Positions 27,635 through 36,502 of a stretch of 64,000 nucleotides of DNA are shown in pieces; position 1 is the stretch's first letter; each line of letters begins with the position of its first letter. The notes below the pieces were generated by a model. That model was not told the DNA's origin and did no database searches. It saw only the letters and a list, made by a program, of their open reading frames with translations. Made by a program: the position numbers and the translations under genes. Origin of the DNA: Anaerolineae bacterium (GTDB taxonomy: Bacteria; Chloroflexota; Anaerolineae; JAAYZQ01); NCBI GenBank assembly GCA_023544525.1, contig JAMJFU010000001.1:1259-65258 (forward strand). The letters are read 5' to 3'.

Positions 27635-28027
27635 GGTCATCCCTCCTTGTGCAAGATGTGTTGGTAAGAGATCTCGTGGCGCGTCCCAGCCCCCCAGCGA
27701 GAAGTTACGGCAAAGGCCTGTCCTTGGACGTGGTGCAAAGTCTGGCTGCGTTGAATATCCAGCAGCACTGGCAGAGATCATACCACCAAAACCGCTGGAG
27801 GGCAAAAACTGCCTCGCGCGGATTGTGCCAATCCGCGCGAGGGCGTAGGTCCCAGGCAGGAGCGTTCAACTTGTAGGAGAGGTCTCCACGCTGTGTCGCG
27901 GCAGCCAGCCGGGCAGCACTCTAGGTCCACGCGGGGCAACAGCTCTCAGATTGGCAGCCAGCCATGATCGTGGTGTAATGATAAGGACAGCAAGATTATC
28001 ATACAAGGATAGCCAGCGGCAGCGGCC

Positions 28028-29572
28028 TCAGCCCTCAGCTGCCCAGTCCCGCAGGAACTGGACCAGGAGCCGGACCCCGAACCCGGTTCCGCCCTTTTGC
28101 AGATAGGGCGGGCGCTTGGGCCCGCCTGGCCGTTCTTCGAAGGCCATGCCCGCGATGTCGACGTGCGCCCAGGGGTAGCCGTCGGCGAACTGCTTGAGGA
28201 ACATGGCCGAGGTACCCACCCCGCCGTCGCGACCACCGCTGTTGGACAGGTCGGCAGTGAGGCTCTCGATTTTGTCGAGGTAGTCATCATAGAGCGGCAT
28301 GGGCCATACCCGCTCGCCGCTGGCCTCGCTGGCGGACTGCAGGCGCGATGACAGTTCCTCGTCGGTGCCAAAGAGACCCGCAGCAACACCCCGCCCCAGG
28401 GCCACGACGCAGGCACCGGTCAGCGTGGCCAGATCGACCACCGCTCGCGGTTTGAACTGAGCCGCATAGGCCAGCGCATCGGCCAGGATCAGGCGTCCTT
28501 CGGCATCGGTGCTGATGACCTCGATCGTCTTGCCGTTCATCGCCTCCAGGACATCGCCGGGCTTGTAGGCCTGGCCGCTGGGCATATTCTCGGTGGCAGG
28601 CACCAGGCCGACGACATGGAGGGAAAGATCCAGTTGGCCGACGGCGTACATGGCCGCCAGCACCGCCGCACCGCCGCCCATATCGCCCCGCATGCGGTCC
28701 ATCTTTTCCGATGGCTTGAGGGAGATCCCACCCGTATCAAAGGTGATGCCTTTGCCGACGATCACGACCGTGTCCAGATCGGGCCGCTCCGGCTTGTGCT
28801 CGAGGACAATAAACGCAGCCGGTTCGTCGCTGCCCTGGGCCACACCCAGGAACGCGCCCATCTCGAGCTCGTCGGCGTCCTCTTCCGAGAGGATCTGGCA
28901 GCGCATCTCGTCGAACTCGCCGGCGATCTCCATGGCCAGCTCGGCCAGGTCGGTCGGCGTGGCATAGTTGGACGGCCGGTTGACCAGGTCCCGGGCCAGG
29001 CAGGCCGCCTCGGCCACGATCTCGCCCGCCAGCGCGCCGGCTTCGACCTCGGCCACCTTATCCGGATCGAACTGGACCAGCGTGAATGTCTCCGGATCCA
29101 GCCGGTCGGGGGGCTTGTTCTTCAACTCCAGGTAGCGGTACAGGCCCAGGATGGTGCCCTCAACCACCGCCTGCGAGGCCACATCCAGCGCAAAGCCTCC
29201 GGCGCCCGCGCCGTGGACGATGCTGCTGAAGGACCTGACGCCCAGCTCGCGGGCTTTTCTTGCCGCGGTCGCTGCGGCTTCGCGGACGGCCTGCAGGGAA
29301 AAGCTCTCCTGGGGCCCCAACCCGACCACGGCCACGCGGTCGGCCGGGATCGCACCGCGGGGATAGAGGACGAGCACCTCGCCCTTTTTCCCTCGCAGGT
29401 CGCCAGCGGCGATCGCTTCGCGGATGGCGCCATTCAAGGCCTGATCGACTGCGCCAGTCGCACCGCCTGGCGTTTGCACATCCTCAAACAGGTTGACGAC
29501 GATCAACTCGTCTTCCCTGTTCTGGATCCCATCGGCGACAATCCTGATGTCCATCATTTCCCCCCTATTCAA
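28028..29572 (-). CDS. pepA: Leucyl aminopeptidase (M17)
   Basis: NTDAEGRL-type motif (VISTDAEGRLILADALAYA), M17 metal-binding residues. Confidence 0.85.
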   Translation of the reverse strand: MNRGEMMDIRIVADGIQNREDELIVVNLFEDVQTPGGATGAVDQALNGAIREAIAAGDLRGKKGEVLVLYPRGAIPADRVAVVGLGPQESFSLQAVREAAATAARKARELGVRSFSSIVHGAGAGGFALDVASQAVVEGTILGLYRYLELKNKPPDRLDPETFTLVQFDPDKVAEVEAGALAGEIVAEAACLARDLVNRPSNYATPTDLAELAMEIAGEFDEMRCQILSEEDADELEMGAFLGVAQGSDEPAAFIVLEHKPERPDLDTVVIVGKGITFDTGGISLKPSEKMDRMRGDMGGGAAVLAAMYAVGQLDLSLHVVGLVPATENMPSGQAYKPGDVLEAMNGKTIEVISTDAEGRLILADALAYAAQFKPRAVVDLATLTGACVVALGRGVAAGLFGTDEELSSRLQSASEASGERVWPMPLYDDYLDKIESLTADLSNSGGRDGGVGTSAMFLKQFADGYPWAHVDIAGMAFEERPGGPKRPPYLQKGGTGFGVRLLVQFLRDWAAEG

Positions 29573-29599
29573 ATGTTCTCGGCGACTGCTCTTGTTTTC

Positions 29600-30199
29600 C
29601 TACAACAGCGGGACCAGGTCGTCCCGCAAGATCCTCAACGCCCTCTGCAGCCGGACCTGGTTCTCCGGCTGGTTGGGCCACAGGCTGGCCCCCGACGGAT
29701 GGGGCAAGGGCAGGACGTAGCGGCCCTCGTGCTCAAAGACCTGGCCTACGGCATCCGTCAAGCGTAACTTTCGTTCCAGCAAGGTCTCGATGGCCAGCCC
29801 GCCCACGGCCAACATGACCTTGGGCCTGACCAACTGAATCTCCCGGTCCAGGAAGGGCCGGCAGAGCTTCTGTTCGGCGCGGGTTGGGCGGCGATCTCCC
29901 TTGCCGCCAGGGTGCTTGCCGGGGTAACACTTGGTCACAGCGGTCATGTAGAACGACCGCCGGAATTGATCCTCATCGAGGCCCGCCTCGGCCAGCCACT
30001 GAAAGAGGCGCGTACCCGACGAGGCGTTAAACGGCCGCTTGACCTGCGCCTCGGTCACTCCCGGCGCCTGGCCCACCAGCATCAAAGGCGTCGGTGCCGG
30101 GCCAGAGAACACGGCGCCAGGCGTGATTTCGTAGCCCGCCTCCAGGCACTTGCGGCAGGCACGCATCTCCGCCCAGAGGTCCGCCGCTGCGCCTGGCAC
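29600..30199 (-). CDS. Uracil-DNA glycosylase, family 4-like
   Basis: LVGQAPG...RPF..SG..L and HPSGASLWPN motifs. Confidence 0.7.
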   Translation of the reverse strand: MPGAAADLWAEMRACRKCLEAGYEITPGAVFSGPAPTPLMLVGQAPGVTEAQVKRPFNASSGTRLFQWLAEAGLDEDQFRRSFYMTAVTKCYPGKHPGGKGDRRPTRAEQKLCRPFLDREIQLVRPKVMLAVGGLAIETLLERKLRLTDAVGQVFEHEGRYVLPLPHPSGASLWPNQPENQVRLQRALRILRDDLVPLL

Positions 30200-30202
30200 C
30201 GG

Positions 30203-30613
30203 CTAATCGTCCTCGTAGGGCTCATCGACGATCCGCACGATCGTCACGAGCTCGGTTGTCAGGCTGGCCGCAACGGAGCAGTAGCCTTCTTCGGCCAGCC
30301 GGATCGAATCTTCCACCGCCTTCTGCTTCAGGTTCCGTCCCCGGACCACCCATTCCATGACGATCTTTTTAATCGTCCAGGGCGGGTCAGGCTCGTTCTC
30401 CTTGGTGACCGATACCTCGATGCCTGTGAATTTCTGGCGTTTCTTCTCGAGGATGTGCACCACGTCGATACCAGCACATCCGACCAACGAAGCCAAAAAC
30501 ATGTCCGGTGGTTTCATCCCCTCCCCCTCCTGGTCGGTCACCACGACATGACCTTTCTCGTCCGAGGCAAGGAACTGGGTCCCTCCCGTCCATTTCACCT
30601 TCACACCTGGCAT
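30203..30613 (-). CDS. OsmC/Ohr-family protein
   Basis: OsmC fold motifs (LASLVGCAGIDVV, CSVAASL); AGGAGGGA RBS at internal ATG 30613. Confidence 0.65.
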   Translation of the reverse strand: MPGVKVKWTGGTQFLASDEKGHVVVTDQEGEGMKPPDMFLASLVGCAGIDVVHILEKKRQKFTGIEVSVTKENEPDPPWTIKKIVMEWVVRGRNLKQKAVEDSIRLAEEGYCSVAASLTTELVTIVRIVDEPYEDD

Positions 30614-30641
30614 TGTCCCTCCTGTCTGCATTCTTGGTAGA

Positions 30642-31661
30642 TTAGGGCGAAAAGAAAAGCATGCCCACGCCCAGTGCCTCGAGGGCCTCCTGCGCGTAGT
30701 AGCGCACCAGGTAGCTGGGATCCTCGAGCACACCGAACAAGGGCCCGATCGCCCTCTGAGACTTGATGCGGCCCAGGGCGCGGACCGCCAAGAGACGTGT
30801 GTGGGGATCCTCCGCCTCGAGCCTTCCGGCCAAGACCTGGACGGCAGGCTCGCCGATCATGCTCAGCGCGTCGGCTGCGATACTGGCGACAAAGGCGCTC
30901 TCGTCTCCCAGCAGGGTGGCCAGGGCCGGAGCCGCTTCCCCCGCTCGCAGGCGGCCGAGGGCCAGGGCGGTGCAGGCCCGCACATCAGGCTCCGGATCGC
31001 CCAGCACACCGACCAAAGCGGATACGGCCGCCTCTCCGCCGATCTCGGCCAGGGCACGGGCCGCCCACCAGCGCGTGTTGGCGTTGCCCCCGCTCAACAT
31101 CTCGACCAGGGGCGGGACAGCTTCCTGCCCAAAACGCCGCAGCGCCAAAGCGGCGGCCTCGCGACGCTCGTCATCCGCAGTGTCCAGGATCTCGAGCAGC
31201 TCAACCAGCTCTTTGTTTTCAAGCATGACCTTTTCCGCGCCCAGAGATATAGCAAACCAGCCATCGCCGGGCAGAACGGGCACATATACGAGGTGTCCCG
31301 GGCACCGGCAATCAGAGGCACCAAAACCAGGCACCACGATCCGGGCGCCAGGCAACCGGCCAAGTGTCAGGGCCCAACTGCACTCCAGTTTCTCACTGGT
31401 CTGCCGCACCCAGGCACCGCTCCAGGCAGCTCGTTCCCGAAAGAAATCGATGTGCCAGTGGGCCTTCTTATCCGCTCCCAGCCTGCGTCTGTGTCGCCGC
31501 AGACGGGCCAGCAGGCCACCCGGCCCGCGTGCGCTGCCGCTGTAGAGATACCAGCCAGCAGGCATCTGGAACGTGCCCAGACGCCCAATGGAAACAGCCT
31601 GTGGCTGGTCCAGTGACAGCGCCAGCACGTAGGCTCCCATTATACCCGATCCTGTGCGCAT
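30642..31661 (-). CDS. DUF123 (GIY-YIG-like) domain fused to PBS-lyase/HEAT-like repeats
   Basis: N-terminal YLYSGSARG...RLRRHRRR...HWHIDFF matches DUF123 signature; C-terminal tandem ~30-aa HEAT-like repeats (VR..AARALG/ALGRL). Confidence 0.55.
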   Translation of the reverse strand: MRTGSGIMGAYVLALSLDQPQAVSIGRLGTFQMPAGWYLYSGSARGPGGLLARLRRHRRRLGADKKAHWHIDFFRERAAWSGAWVRQTSEKLECSWALTLGRLPGARIVVPGFGASDCRCPGHLVYVPVLPGDGWFAISLGAEKVMLENKELVELLEILDTADDERREAAALALRRFGQEAVPPLVEMLSGGNANTRWWAARALAEIGGEAAVSALVGVLGDPEPDVRACTALALGRLRAGEAAPALATLLGDESAFVASIAADALSMIGEPAVQVLAGRLEAEDPHTRLLAVRALGRIKSQRAIGPLFGVLEDPSYLVRYYAQEALEALGVGMLFFSP

Positions 31662-31804
31662 CGTAAAAAGGCGAAGCTATGATGGGGATGTTGCCGGAGG
31701 GCCCAAGGGCCGTCCGGCAGGTGAGGATGCACTCCCCTGCCGCGGCCCGTCGAGGGGAGGATAGATTCCGCGTGAAAACACAGACCTGGCTCTACGGGTC
31801 CGAC

Positions 31805-32884
31805 TCAGCCGGCTGCCCCACGGGCCCCAGTACGTGCCTGTAGCTTTTCGGCCAATGCCTGGGCAGTAGCTGCCATCTTTTGCAGCTCACGGGCCAGTTC
31901 GCGGCCCTCGTTGATGACGGCAGCGACTTCCTCCGAGTCCTTGCCGGGGGCCGGGGGGGAGGCGGGCTCAGCGGACACCTTGCTCCTGAGCTCCTCGATG
32001 ACCTGGGCATTACTCACGGCTGCCGCCACAAAACTGGCCAGCAGGCCCAACTGGTAGCGGTCGTTCTCACCGAAGGGGCGGGACGCCTTGGCATCCACCC
32101 CCAGGACGCCCATGACCTGATCATGCAGGCGCAAGGGCACCGCCAGGCGGGATGCGCCCTTTTCGCCATCGTTTTCGCGCTCGGCAATCACCGCGCGGCC
32201 TGTGCGGGCCACCTGGCTGGCCAGGCGGTCTGTGGACCGCTGCTGCACACACCGGGCCCGCACGTCGGCCGGGCCACGGATGGCCCGCACCTCCAGCTGG
32301 TCGGTGCCGGACGCCAACAGGAGGAGTTGGCCGCCCTCCGCTTCCGTGAGGTAGATGGCCGCTTCGACCGCGACCCGCATGACCTCGTCGGGATCCCGCA
32401 GAGAAGTCAGGGCGTGGCCAATGCCGCACAGGCTGTGCAACTGGCGTACGCGTTCCTCGAGGTGCTCGCTGACTTTGATATCCTCCTGGAGGTCGGAGGT
32501 CTCCCGGCGGAGCCGCCGCTCGATGAGGGCTCGTTCCACCGACTCGAGCATCTCCTTGACGTCATAGGGCTTGATGATATAATCTCGAGCCCCCAGGCGG
32601 AAGGCCTGGATGGCCGTCTGCTCGGAACCATAAAACGTGGTGAGGATGACCGGCGTGTCGGCCCCGGCCTTGCGCAGAGCCGCCATCAGGTCCAGGCCGG
32701 ACATCCTCGGCATCTTGAGGTCGGTGATGATGAGGTCTGGTCTTTCGGCCAGCGCCTTGTCCAAGGCTTGCTTGCCGTCGACAGCGGTGATGACGTCGTA
32801 TCCCTCCGGCCGAAGGACGCTGTTCGCCAGGAACAGCAGGTTTTCCCGGCGGTCGTCGGCAACCAGGATTCTCTCCCCGCTCAT
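31805..32884 (-). CDS. Response regulator receiver + GAF domain protein
   Basis: ILVADDRRENL...LIITDLKMP receiver; downstream GAF-like region; AAGGAGC RBS at internal ATG 32884. Confidence 0.7.
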   Translation of the reverse strand: MSGERILVADDRRENLLFLANSVLRPEGYDVITAVDGKQALDKALAERPDLIITDLKMPRMSGLDLMAALRKAGADTPVILTTFYGSEQTAIQAFRLGARDYIIKPYDVKEMLESVERALIERRLRRETSDLQEDIKVSEHLEERVRQLHSLCGIGHALTSLRDPDEVMRVAVEAAIYLTEAEGGQLLLLASGTDQLEVRAIRGPADVRARCVQQRSTDRLASQVARTGRAVIAERENDGEKGASRLAVPLRLHDQVMGVLGVDAKASRPFGENDRYQLGLLASFVAAAVSNAQVIEELRSKVSAEPASPPAPGKDSEEVAAVINEGRELARELQKMAATAQALAEKLQARTGARGAAG

Positions 32885-33061
32885 CTCTGCTCCTTGTACT
32901 GGTGATATGCGTGCTCGTTTCTGTCGACCACAAAGAGTATAACAGATTTCTTGACTCCTGGCAATCAAGTCGGTATTCCGATCCAGGCTACCCGTCTTTG
33001 GTGGGCGCTGGTGTGTGACCAGTGGCTGGCACCCCGGGAAGTGTCCCCGGCGAGGGCCAGG

Positions 33062-33127
33062 GTTCGTAGTGAGCGCCGCAGCGCTTATTGGCTACCCACA
33101 ATGCGGCTAAAGCCGCTACTACGAACA
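33062..33127. repeat. Structured ~66-nt repeat, copy A (terminal inverted arms GTTCGTAGTGAGCG / CGCTACTACGAAC plus two internal hairpins)
   Basis: Direct repeat of 33159-33225 with conserved stems and variable loops. Confidence 0.6.
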
Positions 33128-33158
33128 GTAGCTCGGGCTTGCCAGGGGTCGCAGGCCC

Positions 33159-33225
33159 GCTCGTAGTGAGCGCTTCAGCGCTTTTCCGGCTGCCCGGGAT
33201 GCGGCTGAAGCCGCTACTACGAACA
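33159..33225. repeat. Structured ~67-nt repeat, copy B
   Basis: Same ends and hairpin stems as copy A; loops and central segment differ. Confidence 0.6.
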
Positions 33226-33257
33226 CCAAAGCGGCGCTCCGAGTGCGTCCCAGCGCG

Positions 33258-33286
33258 TTGCCCTTCTCCCGGGGGCATAGTATAAT
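33258..33286 (+). promoter_or_regulatory. Candidate promoter TTGCCC-17-TATAAT
   Basis: Upstream of epimerase gene ATG 33343. Confidence 0.35.
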
Positions 33287-33342
33287 GGTTGTGTGGACTA
33301 CCAGCCGGGCTGAGCAGCGCCGGCCTATAAGGAGTTTGGACC

Positions 33343-34386
33343 ATGCATTTGGATTACCAGCCGATCACGTTGAACTTGGAGACCCCGTTCCGCATCGCCC
33401 ATGGCACCAGCCTGGTGCGCGAAAACGTCCTGGTCCGCATCCGTGCCGCAGGCCTCGAAGGCCTCGGCGAGGCGGCCCCGGTGCGCCAACACCACGAGAC
33501 CCAGGCAGGTGTGATGGACTACCTGGCAGGCCTGGAGTTGCCTGGAGATCCCTTTCTCCTCGAGGAGGTAATGGCTTCCCTGCCGCCGGGCTCCCAGGCG
33601 GCCAAAGCAGCCATCGACATGGCGCTCCACGACCTGCAGGGCAAGATGCTGGGTGTGCCACTCTATCGCCTCTGGGGCTTGAACCCGGCCCGGGCTCCTG
33701 AGACCTCCTTCACCCTGGGATTGGGCCCTGTGGCTGAGGTCGAGGCCAAGGCCCGAGCCGCAGCCGAGCGTTTTTCGATCCTCAAGCTCAAGCTGGACGC
33801 CGACGAGGCGGGCTGCCTGGCGCTCGTGCGAGCAGTCCGGGCGGCTGTGGACAGCCGGCTGGTGGCCGACGCCAACTGCGCCTGGACCGTCGACCAGGCC
33901 CTGCGGCTGATCCCGGCCCTGGCCGACCTGGGCCTGGAGTGGATCGAACAGCCACTGGCGGAAGAAGACCTGGAGGGTTTGCGGAAGCTGCACCCCGAAT
34001 CACCATTGCCCATCTTTGCCGACGAGCCGGTGCGCACAGCGCGCGACATCCCGCGGTTGGCCGGCTGCGTGGACGGGGTGAACATCAAGGTCATGAAGGC
34101 TGGTGGGCTGCGCGAGGCGCAGCGAATGATCGCCGTGGCCCGCGCTCACGACCTGCAGGTGATGCTCGGCTGTATGATGGAGACCTCGGTGGGGATCACG
34201 GCCGCTGCCCACCTGGCACCGCTGGTCGATTGGGCAGACCTGGACGGCAACCTGACGGTCACCAACGACCCGTTCATCGGCGTCTTGGTTGAGAAGGGCA
34301 AGCTAATCCTGCCTGACGGTCCAGGCCTGGGTGTCAGGCCCCGGCCCGCGCCCGCTGGGACAGAGGACTCGGGGGCAAAGACATGA
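33343..34386 (+). CDS. Enolase-superfamily enzyme (MR/MLE subgroup; dipeptide epimerase-like)
   Basis: MR_MLE N- and C-domain pattern, KxK...D...E...D metal ligand spacing. Confidence 0.65.
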   Translation: MHLDYQPITLNLETPFRIAHGTSLVRENVLVRIRAAGLEGLGEAAPVRQHHETQAGVMDYLAGLELPGDPFLLEEVMASLPPGSQAAKAAIDMALHDLQGKMLGVPLYRLWGLNPARAPETSFTLGLGPVAEVEAKARAAAERFSILKLKLDADEAGCLALVRAVRAAVDSRLVADANCAWTVDQALRLIPALADLGLEWIEQPLAEEDLEGLRKLHPESPLPIFADEPVRTARDIPRLAGCVDGVNIKVMKAGGLREAQRMIAVARAHDLQVMLGCMMETSVGITAAAHLAPLVDWADLDGNLTVTNDPFIGVLVEKGKLILPDGPGLGVRPRPAPAGTEDSGAKT

Positions 34387-35456
34387 TCGTCATCGACGGC
34401 TCGTATGGCGAAGGCGGCGGGCAGGTCCTGCGGACCAGCCTGGCCCTGTCGGCCATCACGGGCCAACCCGTGCGCATCGAGCACATCCGCGCCGGCCGCC
34501 GCAAGCCAGGGCTCATGCCCCAGCATCTGACCGGGGTGCGGGCGGCGACCCGCGTATGCGATGCCCAGGTGGAGGGTGCCAGGCTCAACTCGCTGGAGCT
34601 GGCCTTTGCACCGCGGTCGGCGCCCAGAGCAGGGACGTACACCTTTGACGTAGCCCAGGCTGCCAAGGGGGGCAGCGCGGGCTCGGTGAGCCTCATCTTC
34701 CAGACGGTGCTCCTGCCCCTGGCCCTGGCGGAGGGCACCTCAGAGCTCACGCTGCGGGGTGGCACCCACGTTGCCTGGAGCCCACCCTACGACTACCTGA
34801 AGCGCGTCTACCTGCCCACCCTGGCCCGCATGGGCGTCCAGGCCAAGGTCAACATCCGCAAGTGGGGCTGGTACCCCATCGGTGGCGGCGAGGTCGAGGC
34901 GACCATCCACGGCCTGGGGCGGGCCAGCCTGGAAGCCATGGACCTTTCTCGACGCGGGGATCTACTCCGCGTACGGGGCTTGTCGGTCAGCAGCAACCTG
35001 CCCAAGCACATCCGCGTCCGCCAGGAGGGAGCGGCGTTGCAGGCACTGCGCTCCAACGGGGTCAATGCCCGCATCGATGCGATCGACGCCCCCTCCAAGG
35101 GCAAGGGCACCGCCGTGTTTCTGTGGGCCGACTTTGAGAATGCCCACGCGGGTTTCACCTCGTTGGGCGAGCTGGGCAAACCGGCCGAACAGGTTGCAGA
35201 AGAGGCCGCACAGGAGCTGGTCGAGTTCCTGCAGGCCCACGCTGCCCTGGATCGCCACCTGGCCGATCAGGTCGTGCTGCCCATGGCCCTGGCTGAGGGC
35301 AGGTCGTCCTTTACCACGGAAGCGGTCACCCAGCACCTGCTGACCAACGCCTGGGTGGTGAACCAATTCTTCTCCGGCCGGGTCCGTGTAGACGGACAGG
35401 AAGGCGAGCCGGGGGAGTGCTCCATAGAGGGAGTTGGCCGGGTGGCGGCGGATTAG
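34383..35456 (+). CDS. rtcA: RNA 3'-terminal phosphate cyclase
   Basis: IDGSYGEGGGQVLRTSLALS...HIRAGR N-terminus closely matches RtcA; ATGA overlap with upstream gene. Confidence 0.85.
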   Translation: MIVIDGSYGEGGGQVLRTSLALSAITGQPVRIEHIRAGRRKPGLMPQHLTGVRAATRVCDAQVEGARLNSLELAFAPRSAPRAGTYTFDVAQAAKGGSAGSVSLIFQTVLLPLALAEGTSELTLRGGTHVAWSPPYDYLKRVYLPTLARMGVQAKVNIRKWGWYPIGGGEVEATIHGLGRASLEAMDLSRRGDLLRVRGLSVSSNLPKHIRVRQEGAALQALRSNGVNARIDAIDAPSKGKGTAVFLWADFENAHAGFTSLGELGKPAEQVAEEAAQELVEFLQAHAALDRHLADQVVLPMALAEGRSSFTTEAVTQHLLTNAWVVNQFFSGRVRVDGQEGEPGECSIEGVGRVAAD

Positions 35457-35504
35457 ATTCGAGGATTGACGGATCTCAATAATGCTGGTATCATTCCTTG
35501 TGGC

Positions 35505-36491
35505 CTACCAACGCTGGTGCACGTGGGGCTTGATGAGGCGGTCGTAGACATCGCGCACGGCAGCCATCGTTGCCTGGCTCAAGGGTGGCAGCTCGCTGGC
35601 GGCGACGTTCTCCGCAGCCTGCGAGGGCCGCTTTGCGCCCGGGATGGTACATGTGACCGCGTCGAACATCAAGACCCAACGCAGGGCCATCTGGGCCATG
35701 CTCGCCCCTTCGGGCACCAGCCGGCGAAGTTCGTCGACGGCCATCAACCCGACCTCAAAGGGCACACCTGCGAAGGTTTCCCCCACATCAAAGGCCTCAC
35801 CCTGCCGGTTGTAGTTCCGGTGGTCGCTCTCAGGAAAGGTCGTATCGGCGCTCATCTTGCCCGTGAGCAGCCCGCTGGCCAGCGGCACGCGGGCCAGGAT
35901 GCCCACCTGCCGTGCCGTCGCCTCGCGGAAAAAGAGCTTGGCGGGGCGGTGCCGGAGCATGTTAAAGATGATCTGCACGGTCTGCACATCAGGGTATTCG
36001 ATGGCCTTGAGCGCTTCCTCGACCTTTTCGACGCTGACGCCATAGTAGCGCAGTTTCCCGGCAGCCACCAGGTCGTCAAGCACGCCAAAGACCTCAGGCC
36101 GGTAGTAGACCTCGGTGGGCGGGCAGTGGAGCTGCAGCAGGTCGATGGCTTCTACGCCCAGGTTGCCGAGGCTGCGCTCCACAAAGGCGGTGAGGTTCTC
36201 CCGGTTGTAGCCATCGGCCATGTGGGGCGAAAGCCGCCGGCCCGCCTTCGTGGCGACGTAGATGCGCTCACCGGGGCGATCGCGCAAGACCTGGCCGACG
36301 AGGGTTTCACTGCGGCCATCCCCATAGACGTCCGCTGTGTCGATCAAATTGACGCCCAGATCCAGGGCCTTGTGCAGGGCCGCCAGGGATTCCTGGTCCC
36401 TGACAGGCCCCCAATCGCCGCCAATGCCCCAGGCGCCAAAGCTGACTTCCGAAACCTGCCAGCCGGTGCGTCCCAGTTTCCGGTAATCCAT
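35505..36491 (-). CDS. Aldo/keto reductase
   Basis: YRKLGRTGWQVSEVSFGAWGIG...IDTADVYG AKR signature. Confidence 0.85.
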   Translation of the reverse strand: MDYRKLGRTGWQVSEVSFGAWGIGGDWGPVRDQESLAALHKALDLGVNLIDTADVYGDGRSETLVGQVLRDRPGERIYVATKAGRRLSPHMADGYNRENLTAFVERSLGNLGVEAIDLLQLHCPPTEVYYRPEVFGVLDDLVAAGKLRYYGVSVEKVEEALKAIEYPDVQTVQIIFNMLRHRPAKLFFREATARQVGILARVPLASGLLTGKMSADTTFPESDHRNYNRQGEAFDVGETFAGVPFEVGLMAVDELRRLVPEGASMAQMALRWVLMFDAVTCTIPGAKRPSQAAENVAASELPPLSQATMAAVRDVYDRLIKPHVHQRW

Positions 36492-36502
36492 CGCATTTCC
36501 TC

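Noticed and set aside
27635-27805. N-terminal extension of mscL (ORF start 27805)
   Set aside because: MscL family proteins start at the MLKEF-type motif; a strong AAGGAGGG RBS sits directly upstream of ATG 27634.
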